From: Candidatus Spechtbacteria bacterium RIFCSPLOWO2_12_FULL_38_22
GTDB taxonomy: Bacteria > Patescibacteriota > Minisyncoccia > Spechtbacterales > 2-12-FULL-38-22
Length of the DNA stretch: 44,133 nt
Direction of reading: 5' to 3'
Assembly (NCBI GenBank): GCA_001820055.1
Contig: MHOK01000009.1
Location: 1 to 44,133 of the forward strand
The position numbers and the translations under genes are program-made. This document shows, one piece after another, positions 36,241 through 44,133 of this stretch; the first letter of the stretch is position 1, and every line of letters starts with the position of its first letter. The notes below the pieces were generated by a model that made no database searches, was not told the origin of the DNA, and worked only from the letters and a program-made list of their open reading frames with translations.

Positions 36241-36474
36241 CTAAGATTCGTTTCGATGTGAAGGGAACCAGTCAATCACCTTTTTTCGATGTTGGTCTAT
36301 AGACCACATATTATTGCGTTTAAATAGCGCCGGATGTGTTGTTTGAAATTTCTTTAATGCTGTCGTAGTTACGCGGGGAAATCCTGTTGGAATATTTTTA
36401 TTATAAGTTCGTAAAAACTCCGCAAGCGATACTTGTATTTGATTTAATTCTAAATTTTCTTGATTTCCTTGCAT
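36241..36474 (-). CDS. Small hypothetical protein
   Basis: Protein-like 77-aa ORF. TACAAT box 8 nt upstream of the ATG. Confidence 0.65.
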   Translation of the reverse strand: MQGNQENLELNQIQVSLAEFLRTYNKNIPTGFPRVTTTALKKFQTTHPALFKRNNMWSIDQHRKKVIDWFPSHRNES

Positions 36475-36565
36475 TATAAGTAATTGTACAATACATTAAT
36501 TAAAAAATCAAGGTGTTTCCATTATTTATATAATAAAAATGTCACATGGTTTTACCACATGACAT

Positions 36566-36799
36566 TTACCAACGCGCTTCTCCAAATCTGTTATGCCTCT
36601 CGTCTCCATTTGGATCAGGAAGTACAAGCAACGCTAACTGGGCAAATCCCCTACTCCGAGCAAGTTCAGCTGAAGATAATTTCAACTTTTCTTTATCAGG
36701 TAGGTCATAAAAATTACCTCCGCTATTCATACCATACCTGCGTGCGGCTAGCTCCACAGCTTCTAGCGGAGTAATGAACCTCGGTGTTCCTAAAAACAT
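36566..36799 (-). CDS. Orphan hypothetical protein
   Basis: AAGGTG SD, promoter at 36837-36864, hairpin after the stop codon. Confidence 0.65.
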   Translation of the reverse strand: MFLGTPRFITPLEAVELAARRYGMNSGGNFYDLPDKEKLKLSSAELARSRGFAQLALLVLPDPNGDERHNRFGEARW

Positions 36800-36836
36800 T
36801 GAGCACCTTCTTTCTTTTTAGAGCGTAACCTTTTCT

Positions 36837-36864
36837 AATATAGCACTCGGAATTAGTATGTCAA
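36837..36864 (-). promoter_or_regulatory. sigma70-type promoter
   Basis: TTGACA-16-(TGC)TATATT. Confidence 0.75.
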
Positions 36865-36897
36865 CAATACACAATATTAAACTAACTTAAAACTCCT

Positions 36898-37503
36898 CTA
36901 GTTAGGAGGAGTTTGTGAATTACCTTGCGAGACACGGTCAAGAATTTGGACCGCAAATCCCAATTCAACCGTCAAAGGGTTTCTTGGCCATTTTTTTAGC
37001 AACTTCTCAACGATTCTTCTTTGATTTGCAATATATTTTTCTTTTCCTGTGTTAAATCTGCTGAACGCGCTTTCACCTTCTCTTGCGTAATCTTCAAGCA
37101 AATCGTTCAAGTTTGAAATTAAATCAGCAGATTTTATTAAAAATACACGCCAGTCATCACATCTGCCCAAATCATCCAACATTATTTGTTTACGCTCGTC
37201 CCATGACAAGCTCTTGTCTTTTTCTGTAACACTATGTACCAGATATGCGACCGTTGGCCCAAATCTTGTCATTAATTGTTCTTTGGTAACTTTTCTCTCG
37301 ACAATACTGTCTTCTATGGTATCGTGTAAAATTCCTGCGGCAATTGTTTCTTCGTCGTCAGTTACTCGAGCTAAAATTAAACCCACAGCCAACGGATGCA
37401 CAATATAGGGAATATCTTTGCCTTTTCTTCTTTGTTTGCGGTCTATTTCGTGAACCTGAATCGCAAAATTTATGGCGTCCTTAACTAAACCGCTAAAAAT
37501 CAT
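36898..37503 (-). CDS. HD-domain protein, small alarmone hydrolase (Mesh1/SpoT-HD-like)
   Basis: RKGKDIPYIVHP, AAGILHDTIED, VTE, IKSADLISN. Confidence 0.88.
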   Translation of the reverse strand: MIFSGLVKDAINFAIQVHEIDRKQRRKGKDIPYIVHPLAVGLILARVTDDEETIAAGILHDTIEDSIVERKVTKEQLMTRFGPTVAYLVHSVTEKDKSLSWDERKQIMLDDLGRCDDWRVFLIKSADLISNLNDLLEDYAREGESAFSRFNTGKEKYIANQRRIVEKLLKKWPRNPLTVELGFAVQILDRVSQGNSQTPPN

Positions 37504-37534
37504 GGTCCCCTTTCCTGTTTTGTAAACTATGTTT

Positions 37535-37563
37535 AATATAACTTATACAACTAACTTTGTCAA
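37535..37563 (-). promoter_or_regulatory. sigma70-type promoter
   Basis: TTGACA-17-TATATT. Confidence 0.8.
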
Positions 37564-37572
37564 TATAAAAAT

Positions 37573-37593
37573 AAAAGCGGTACAACCGCTTTT
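37573..37593 (-). terminator. Intrinsic terminator
   Basis: AAAAGCGGT-ACA-ACCGCTTTT. Confidence 0.8.
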
Positions 37594-38092
37594 AAGGAAC
37601 ACTATTCGTGGGAAATGGAACTTTTGTATTTACAGTACCAAGCGGAACTACAACAGTATAACGATCTAAATATTTATCGTGGATATGCCACATTTGCAAA
37701 AAATCTTTAGTATCCTGCGATATAGTAACCCGTGGACTTGCGCCATCCTCTTCAACTATGTTTATTCTTCCTGGACTTATTGAATATCTAAACGGAAGAC
37801 CATCACCATCCTTGTCAAAATAAATAATATAGTAATAATAACCATCTGTTTCAAGATTAATATCAACATAGAATGGATTTCCCTCTACTCTTTGCAATGG
37901 GTATGTTCCCGTAATTTCGAAATTAGGTTGAGGTGCTCCCATCCCAATTAAAAGATTAAGCAGTAAAGCAAGTACAAGGCTCGCAAAAGACAGTAAAAAG
38001 AAATCAGTAAGAACCTGCCCTATTTCATAGTCAATGTTTGCAGAAATTGAAAAGATCAACGCTATCACGAAAGCTAGCATGAACCAACCCAT
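37592..38092 (-). CDS. Two-TM protein with C-terminal beta-rich domain
   Basis: Start at MGWFML (ATG 38092, GAGGT SD) is preferred over 38182. Confidence 0.7.
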   Translation of the reverse strand: MGWFMLAFVIALIFSISANIDYEIGQVLTDFFLLSFASLVLALLLNLLIGMGAPQPNFEITGTYPLQRVEGNPFYVDINLETDGYYYYIIYFDKDGDGLPFRYSISPGRINIVEEDGASPRVTISQDTKDFLQMWHIHDKYLDRYTVVVPLGTVNTKVPFPTNSVP

Positions 38093-38270
38093 CGGCGACC
38101 TCTTTCCATTGGCCACATTTACTAAAAAGAGTATATCATATAATAATTCCTCTGTCCAGTACATTATCCCTAAGTTCGACAAGAAAGTGCAACAACACGT
38201 TTCCAGCTGATTAACGCCGATGAGTTACAAAACGTTTACTAACAATAACTAAACCAAGGATAACATAATA

Positions 38271-38296
38271 AAAAAAATCCTACACTAGTAGGATTT
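38271..38296 (-). terminator. Intrinsic terminator
   Basis: AAATCCTAC-ACTA-GTAGGATTT with an adjacent A run. Confidence 0.8.
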
Positions 38297-38744
38297 AAAT
38301 AGAAAAAAGTATAATTAATGTAACTACTATGGCGTTGTGGGTCGCATGGGCTATAACAGATGTAAAATAACCTCGTTTCAAGTACACATACGCATATAAT
38401 AAACCTGTAACTCCCTGTATCAACATAAACTGTGGTCCTCCGTGTAACCAACCAAAAAGTACAAAGGAGGTTAAAAATATAACAATATTTTGAACAATCT
38501 TTGTATGAGACGCAAATAATTTTATGGGGAGCGTTCGAAAAAGAAATTCTTCTATAATCGGGGCCGCCACGACAGCTGTAATAAATACCCTTACATAATT
38601 TACGTTCTTATCTCCTAAAATTCCTCCTGAAAAGTTTAAACCCAAAGCGCTTAAGATTGATACGGCTATCGATGAATAAACGACACTTAGTACTCCGAAT
38701 CCAATACCAAACTTCATTCTTTCTGCGTAGCTATACTTTTCCAA
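38295..38744 (-). CDS. CPBP/Abi (CAAX type II) intramembrane protease
   Basis: EEFLFR, FGWLH, HATHN. Confidence 0.9.
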   Translation of the reverse strand: MEKYSYAERMKFGIGFGVLSVVYSSIAVSILSALGLNFSGGILGDKNVNYVRVFITAVVAAPIIEEFLFRTLPIKLFASHTKIVQNIVIFLTSFVLFGWLHGGPQFMLIQGVTGLLYAYVYLKRGYFTSVIAHATHNAIVVTLIILFSI

Positions 38745-38787
38745 TTAGCACCATCTTGTAGAAACTGTACAAATTATATCACAAAAA

Positions 38788-39318
38788 TCAAAAATCCAAA
38801 CCTTTTCTGCGCATTTTCCAACTTTGAAGTTTTGGAAATAATAAACTTAGAAAATCAAATACTATAGCGAACACACACTGTTTTACGTATTCTTTCCAGG
38901 AAGTGGCGTGACTAGTTGCCCTGACACTTACTTTATTAAATGGTTTCATCAAGAACAAGCTTAGTAATTTAACCTTCAGCCACCAAGGACGCTTACAGTA
39001 AATTACAATTTCGGGTTTAAAATTTAAATCTGGAAATAGTGTAAGCAAAATCTGTTTTGAGTATCTTAGATTATCTATACTGCTCAAGGCTTGTTCTTCT
39101 CTAAATATAACCAAACTAGAGTTTCTCTTTAATAAATATTCCTCCATAACTGCCGCTTCGCTCAAATTCTTATTTTTTGGATTTGTAAATCCCCCAGAAA
39201 CTAAAACAAAATCAAACTTATCCGCATCTTTTGCAACAGCGTCTAAGTGTTCTCTATAAGTATCGTCTAGTTGCGTTCCGTACCCGCACACTATTCCAAC
39301 ACAAAGTTTCCTGGGCAC
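38788..39318 (-). CDS. YdcF/DUF218-like protein
   Basis: VSGG, SEAAVM, EEQALSSIDNL. Confidence 0.75.
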   Translation of the reverse strand: MPRKLCVGIVCGYGTQLDDTYREHLDAVAKDADKFDFVLVSGGFTNPKNKNLSEAAVMEEYLLKRNSSLVIFREEQALSSIDNLRYSKQILLTLFPDLNFKPEIVIYCKRPWWLKVKLLSLFLMKPFNKVSVRATSHATSWKEYVKQCVFAIVFDFLSLLFPKLQSWKMRRKGLDF

Positions 39319-39566
39319 CCTCTGCTTGCTTTCTAAAAAACTAAATCAACCTTAGCACAAAGTTATCTGCGTGTCTATATTGACATAGGTGGACAAATTG
39401 TGGATTAATTGCACTTGACTTAGGTAAAAAATGATAAAATGAAAGTACGGACAAAAATAAACTATACTAATAATTTGTCTGTCAGATGCTACTCTAGATA
39501 AAACTTATCAAGTTTGTAGCATAATATGCACCATGATGTGAGAAAGAAGCCGTTTTTAACACACCA

Positions 39567-40544
39567 ATGCAAGCGCCATTAAAATTTAATAAGCGCAGAA
39601 AAAGTAAAGTAAATAACTTTTTAATAAGGATCTTTCAGCGTCTTGAAAGATGGACCACGCTTGCAGGGTTTAAAGAATTTTTAAAGCATAGAGCAAAAAC
39701 GTTACTTTACGCAGACGGCTTCAACAAAACTTTAGGAGCTATTGGAATTTATGGATTGTACTTATTGGTAACTGTTATACAATTTACAACTCTTATCATA
39801 CTGGTACTCTCTATAGTCGGAAATATCGCCGGAAGCACGGCTCCAATGCTTGCGACCATTGTAAACTCGGACTTAACAGTATTAGAAAAAGTAAAAACTG
39901 TCACGGGATTCACAAAAATTATATCGGCGGATAACGACGACGAAAAGAAAGGAGAACTGAATTGTTCCGATAGCTCACTCCAGTGGAGACCAGACTTAAA
40001 TACTTACATAAAGGAAAATAGAATATACTTAAAAGACGATAAACACGCAGGAACCATAATCTTAAAAGATCCGGTTAGCAGTTTTCTAGGATTTGAGATA
40101 AGTTTTAAATCTTCCATGAGTACCGGAATAAATACAATTCTTTCTTTCAAAAATAGCGAAGGTACACTCAAATACGCCATAGGAGACGGTGATTTTAAAA
40201 CAATCAGATATTCCTTCACTGACAAAACTGGTATTTTGCAAATTCTAGAAACAACAAAGCTTCCCACAAGCATTAATAACCAAGAAGAAATCGGTTTTAA
40301 ATTAAATACACTGGAAAAAGCGCAAGGTACGCTAGTATCAAGCACAATAAGTTACACAGATTTATACAATCAAAACAACAACAAGGACTTAAATGATATT
40401 AACATAACGAGTCCAAAACAATTATATCTTAATATAGGTTTTGGAATTGACGCAAACTTAGAAGATAGTGCTTCGCAAGCGTACCTAGAGATAACGAATT
40501 GTTCTATTGAACAAAACGAACCCTCTAAGTTGCTAAATATCTAA
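39567..40544 (+). CDS. Membrane-anchored beta-rich hypothetical protein
   Basis: Basic N-terminus, TM helix, beta-strand-like extracellular part. Confidence 0.75.
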   Translation: MQAPLKFNKRRKSKVNNFLIRIFQRLERWTTLAGFKEFLKHRAKTLLYADGFNKTLGAIGIYGLYLLVTVIQFTTLIILVLSIVGNIAGSTAPMLATIVNSDLTVLEKVKTVTGFTKIISADNDDEKKGELNCSDSSLQWRPDLNTYIKENRIYLKDDKHAGTIILKDPVSSFLGFEISFKSSMSTGINTILSFKNSEGTLKYAIGDGDFKTIRYSFTDKTGILQILETTKLPTSINNQEEIGFKLNTLEKAQGTLVSSTISYTDLYNQNNNKDLNDINITSPKQLYLNIGFGIDANLEDSASQAYLEITNCSIEQNEPSKLLNI

Positions 40545-40577
40545 CAAATTGGAGGATTATAATTAATTACGGCTTCG

Positions 40578-40612
40578 GGAAAACACGCATTAAAACCGCG
40601 TGTTTTCCTTTT
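40578..40612 (+). terminator. Intrinsic terminator
   Basis: GGAAAACACGC-loop-GCGTGTTTTCC-TTTT. Confidence 0.75.
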
Positions 40613-40687
40613 ATATATAAATATAATCATTGTGCGACTAATTGGTTCATGATATTCTTAGTTTTAGTTCCGCATACGGAGTTAAAA

Positions 40688-41680
40688 GTGAAAAAAGCAA
40701 ACATCGTAATTGTGGGTGCAACAGGTAATGTAGGCAGAGAGATGATTGCAGTTTTGGAAGAAAGAAACTTTCCAATTGCTAGATTAAAACTGGTAGCTTC
40801 TGAAAAATCTAGTGGAAAATTTATGAGATATAGAGGCTTTTCACAAGGTGTGGAAGGTTTAAGTAAAGAAATCTTCCACGGCTACGATATCGCACTCTTT
40901 TCTGCAGGAGAAGCTGTAAGCCGTACATGGGCCCCTGTTGCGTGGGAAAGTGGTTGTGTAGTTATTGATAACTCAAACGCATGGAGAATGGACGATGAGG
41001 TTCCTCTTGTTATTCCCGAAGTAAATCCAGAAACTATCGCCGACTACATACGTAAAGGCATTATCGCAAACCCGAACTGTTCTACAATTCAGATGGTTAT
41101 GGCTTTATCACCTTTAGACAAAAATCCTCATCACTACGGGATACAAAACATTATTGTTTCTACATATCAATCCGTATCTGGCGCAGGAGCAGAAGCTGAA
41201 GCAAGGCTCGCAGAAGGCTCTCATGAATTTGATGTAATTCCTCAAATCGGCGAATTTTTAGAAGGTGGCACATGTGAAGAAGAGGCTAAAATGATTAGGG
41301 AAACCAAAAAAATAATGGAAAAGCCCCATTTAAATATTGTCGCAAATACGGTACGAGTTCCTATTTTAAGAGGGCATAGCGAATTTGTATTATTTAACTT
41401 TGATTATTCTTATATCTCTATTGAGGTTGTTAAAGCTTTACTTGCTAGCGCTCCGTGTATAAAACTGACAGATTCATACCCTATAGCACAAGACGCAGTT
41501 GGTACAGATTATGTACTAGTTGGAAGGGTTAGAGAAGAAAAAATATCAGGAGCTGACGATAACCAAAAATGGTTCAGTATGTGGGTTGTAGCAGATAATA
41601 TAAGAAAGGGTGCTGCGACCAATACTGTCCAAATTGCAGAACTACTGTGGAACGGCTATTTAAAAAAGGCATCTAATTAG
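40688..41680 (+). CDS. asd: Aspartate-semialdehyde dehydrogenase
   Basis: VGATGNVG, IDNS, ANPNCST, TYQSVSGAG, GHSE, DNIRKGAA. GTG 40688 follows GGAG. Confidence 0.95.
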   Translation: MKKANIVIVGATGNVGREMIAVLEERNFPIARLKLVASEKSSGKFMRYRGFSQGVEGLSKEIFHGYDIALFSAGEAVSRTWAPVAWESGCVVIDNSNAWRMDDEVPLVIPEVNPETIADYIRKGIIANPNCSTIQMVMALSPLDKNPHHYGIQNIIVSTYQSVSGAGAEAEARLAEGSHEFDVIPQIGEFLEGGTCEEEAKMIRETKKIMEKPHLNIVANTVRVPILRGHSEFVLFNFDYSYISIEVVKALLASAPCIKLTDSYPIAQDAVGTDYVLVGRVREEKISGADDNQKWFSMWVVADNIRKGAATNTVQIAELLWNGYLKKASN

Positions 41681-42366
41681 ATGCCTTTTAAATTTTCCCT
41701 TATAGAGTTTTGGATATTTCTAAGAAGCTCAATCTCTGTGTCATTGGGAAATGTAATACTTTTTATCCTGGAGGGAAGTTGGTGATACATTAAGTCACCC
41801 TTATCCCCTCCGTGACCTAAACCCAAACAGTGTCCGACTTCGTGATTTAAAATTGAAAAAAAATAACGGAAATTTGAAATTGCAGGATACCTTCCAAACG
41901 GAGTACTGACGTAGGCGATCACGGGTGGTGGAACATAGATATTACATACATACCCCACGTCTGACCAGTAAAACATATAAGCACAAGCCACAGCATCTTT
42001 AATATTGTTACACAGTTTTATTATATCTTGAGGTGAAGCAAGTCTAATTGCAATACGAGCATCGCTTAAATTATCTATTTTTTGAAAAGATAGGTCTCCT
42101 GCCCTTCCCCAATTTTGTGGGTGATTCAATACAAATTCTATAACGACCTCACTGCCTTCATATACTTTGAGATCCAACCCATTATCAATAAAGTACCCTT
42201 CATCTACAGCCCATGTAACTATAAATTCGTTTGTACTTTTGTTATGCTGTGCGTCAACAAGAACGCTAGCTCTATCAACAGCAAAAGAAACTCCTGTCAA
42301 GGTAGTTGCCAATATAAATACCAAAAATCCAACCATCCTAGTACTCTTATACCTTTTCGCCACCAT
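41677..42366 (-). CDS. Secreted metzincin (matrixin/DUF3152-like)
   Basis: Signal peptide, RLASP...LC, NHEVGHCLGLGH, LMY Met-turn. AAGGAG SD. Confidence 0.85.
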   Translation of the reverse strand: MVAKRYKSTRMVGFLVFILATTLTGVSFAVDRASVLVDAQHNKSTNEFIVTWAVDEGYFIDNGLDLKVYEGSEVVIEFVLNHPQNWGRAGDLSFQKIDNLSDARIAIRLASPQDIIKLCNNIKDAVACAYMFYWSDVGYVCNIYVPPPVIAYVSTPFGRYPAISNFRYFFSILNHEVGHCLGLGHGGDKGDLMYHQLPSRIKSITFPNDTEIELLRNIQNSIRENLKGI

Positions 42367-42396
42367 ACTCCTTTTATGAAATAACTATACTCATAC

Positions 42397-42435
42397 TAAC
42401 ATAAAATGCCGCCTCTTTGGACGGCTTTTATGTTA
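42397..42435 (-). terminator. Hairpin/terminator downstream of the CAP gene
   Basis: TAACATAAAA-TGCCG...CGGC-TTTTATGTTA. Confidence 0.55.
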
Positions 42436-42458
42436 AGTAAGGGGGCTCTATGAAGATG

Positions 42459-43514
42459 TTAAATCTGTAGTATCAGCACCAGAAATGTAAGGGAAAGCGC
42501 CCGTTGCACAAAATTGGGCATACCTCGTTTCAATATATATTCTGAAATTAAAAGCCAAGCCAATATAACCCCTAAAAATCCACTTAAACTTATTTTTAAC
42601 ATACTTGGCAATTTGCTAACTAAAATTGTGCGTATATTTAGAAAAAAATCGCTATCCCCCTCTTGCGTAAAGGCTGGTTGATTTTGACTAGTTTGAATTA
42701 AATTATTTTCTTCCTGTAAAATTTTATCTGTAGCTTTGCGCACAACGAACAATTTATCCGGAGACGGAGCATCCTGAATTGGTTCTTGGGTTTTGGGGTT
42801 AGCTAAATCCGGTTGTGGTTTATTCGATTCTTGGGAAGTTTCTTCCCCTAAAATTTCCTCACCGGCTTTCTCATTGGTAACTACTGGTCCTTCTTTTATA
42901 ACCTCCTGTAAAGAACCGCCAGATTGGACAGCCAATGTTTCAAGTACGGGGGTTATCGGGCGCGCAACAAACATTGCAACTACAGTGGTTTGCACCCCAT
43001 TCATATCTCCTGTTGCTACCCCCACTCCAATTTCGGTAAAATAATCGTTTAATATATTGCGCGCGTGGGATGGAGAATTTAACCATGCGGTCACAAGAGG
43101 TTCAACATCATAAAAATCTTTTGCTAAATTTTCTCCAGCAAGAGCATACTTATATCCTACCTTATCTAACCATTGCCATGGCCTTTTACCATCGGGGTCG
43201 TTATGTGAAAAATAATTCCTATCCAACATATCTTGGGCTTTCATTTCTGCGGCTTTAGTAAGTAGATTGCTAGTTCCAAGAGGCAACAAACTTTGAATTT
43301 CGCGAGCAGGATTAACTTGTGAAATAATTATATCTTTTGTAAGCGAGGCTCGTAAAGAATCGGTGTAAAAACTATAAAATGGAGAAACAACCCCTATTAA
43401 AAACATAGAAATAAAAGCGTAACTAATGAACGCCTTTCGTGTATAAGCTCTGGGTATCATATTGTCTTGTGTCTGAACAAAAAATGTTTTCATAAAATTT
43501 ATAAAATTTTTCAT
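42459..43514 (-). CDS. CAP/SCP-domain membrane protein
   Basis: KAQDM...YFSH, AGENLA, WLNSPSHARNIL, EIGVG. Confidence 0.93.
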   Translation of the reverse strand: MKNFINFMKTFFVQTQDNMIPRAYTRKAFISYAFISMFLIGVVSPFYSFYTDSLRASLTKDIIISQVNPAREIQSLLPLGTSNLLTKAAEMKAQDMLDRNYFSHNDPDGKRPWQWLDKVGYKYALAGENLAKDFYDVEPLVTAWLNSPSHARNILNDYFTEIGVGVATGDMNGVQTTVVAMFVARPITPVLETLAVQSGGSLQEVIKEGPVVTNEKAGEEILGEETSQESNKPQPDLANPKTQEPIQDAPSPDKLFVVRKATDKILQEENNLIQTSQNQPAFTQEGDSDFFLNIRTILVSKLPSMLKISLSGFLGVILAWLLISEYILKRGMPNFVQRALSLTFLVLILQI

Positions 43515-43579
43515 AAAATAAATACATTATCCATACTTATATTATGCCATACATTCAAAAATTCTCGCCAACCTTACGC

Positions 43580-44133
43580 TTAGTAAATTAATTCTGCTCT
43601 TACAACTAAACGCTCCTTGGTAGAAAATAATGGATTACAGGTAATAAGAGTAATTGTTGGATTTTGAGTTGGATCTAAAACCTCTATCGCATCTGGAGTT
43701 ACTATTTTGCTCTCTACCACCTTATAATCATACTGCCTGCCTTCCCAAATTATAGTTATACTATCCCCTATCACTAACTTATCTAAAAGATAAAAAGTAT
43801 CCGAACTAGGAGGGCGATACTGATATCTGTGAGCGCTAAAGGCAGAATTGCCACCATTGTCCGGAGTTGATGTGCTTGGAAAATGCCACGCTCCATTGCT
43901 TAGCGCATACTTTTCATCATCATTTGAGATAACATCAATATCCACGCCAATTTTAGAAATAATTATTCTGTTTTGATTTTCATTAGCAATAACACCGCTA
44001 TCTACAGCGTTTGCTACTGGGCTTGGATCAAAATTCCCCAATGTAACAACCTGCGGAGTGCTTTCCACGTAAGGAATAGAGCCTGACGAGTTTATTTTAT
44101 ATACAACAATAGGGATAAACGGATAAATAACCA
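43580..44133 (-). CDS. Sortase (5' end beyond window)
   Basis: SAHR, TLITC, RLVVRA. Frame stays open from 44068 to the window edge (..VIYPFIPIVVY..). Confidence 0.92.
   Translation of the reverse strand, partial: VIYPFIPIVVYKINSSGSIPYVESTPQVVTLGNFDPSPVANAVDSGVIANENQNRIIISKIGVDIDVISNDDEKYALSNGAWHFPSTSTPDNGGNSAFSAHRYQYRPPSSDTFYLLDKLVIGDSITIIWEGRQYDYKVVESKIVTPDAIEVLDPTQNPTITLITCNPLFSTKERLVVRAELIY

Noticed and set aside
39360-39480. Replication origin from DnaA-box-like words (GTGGACAA, TGTGGATTAA)
   Set aside because: Only 1-2 imperfect boxes, no dnaA/dnaN, and overall gene orientation converges rather than diverges in this window.
42428-42438. TTATGTTAAGT resembling the XerD arm of dif
   Set aside because: No XerC-like arm 6 bp away. 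It is one arm of a longer hairpin downstream of the CAP gene.
1-44133. Alternative genetic code (UGA=Gly)
   Set aside because: Conserved genes are full length in code 11, and TGA ends ORFs at sensible positions (e.g. 501, 3967).

Overview
AT-rich bacterial chromosomal window that reads in standard code 11. Gene content (short AspRS, membrane-anchored MurF, sortase, CAP protein, almost no amino-acid biosynthesis) suggests a Patescibacteria/CPR (Parcubacteria-like) genome; this is inference. 1-5.1 kb is an accessory block that opens with a 4-gene cassette bracketed by a perfect >=96-bp GC-rich inverted repeat. 5-17 kb mixes GH1/clan GH-A/PAP2 genes, RNA/DNA maintenance genes, greA and grx-sodN-sodX with orphan single-gene modules. 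17.3-34.7 kb is a cell-wall/division cluster (hydrolase, murF, DegT, FemABX, aspS, dac, mraY, murI, D-aminoacylase, murD, ftsW, murG, gltX, M23). A Xer-type recombinase with an upstream palindrome lies at 35.2 kb, where gene orientation flips from + to mostly -. Most notable observations: (i) two translation-initiation regimes, with leaderless/SD-less resident genes versus self-contained promoter-SD-ORF-terminator orphan modules that share terminator stems; (ii) the IR-bounded cassette; (iii) palindromic repeats inserted in frame into genes; (iv) a Ni-SOD with a Pro-to-Met Ni-hook; (v) a candidate dif/terminus. No rRNA, intact tRNA or CRISPR array was seen.
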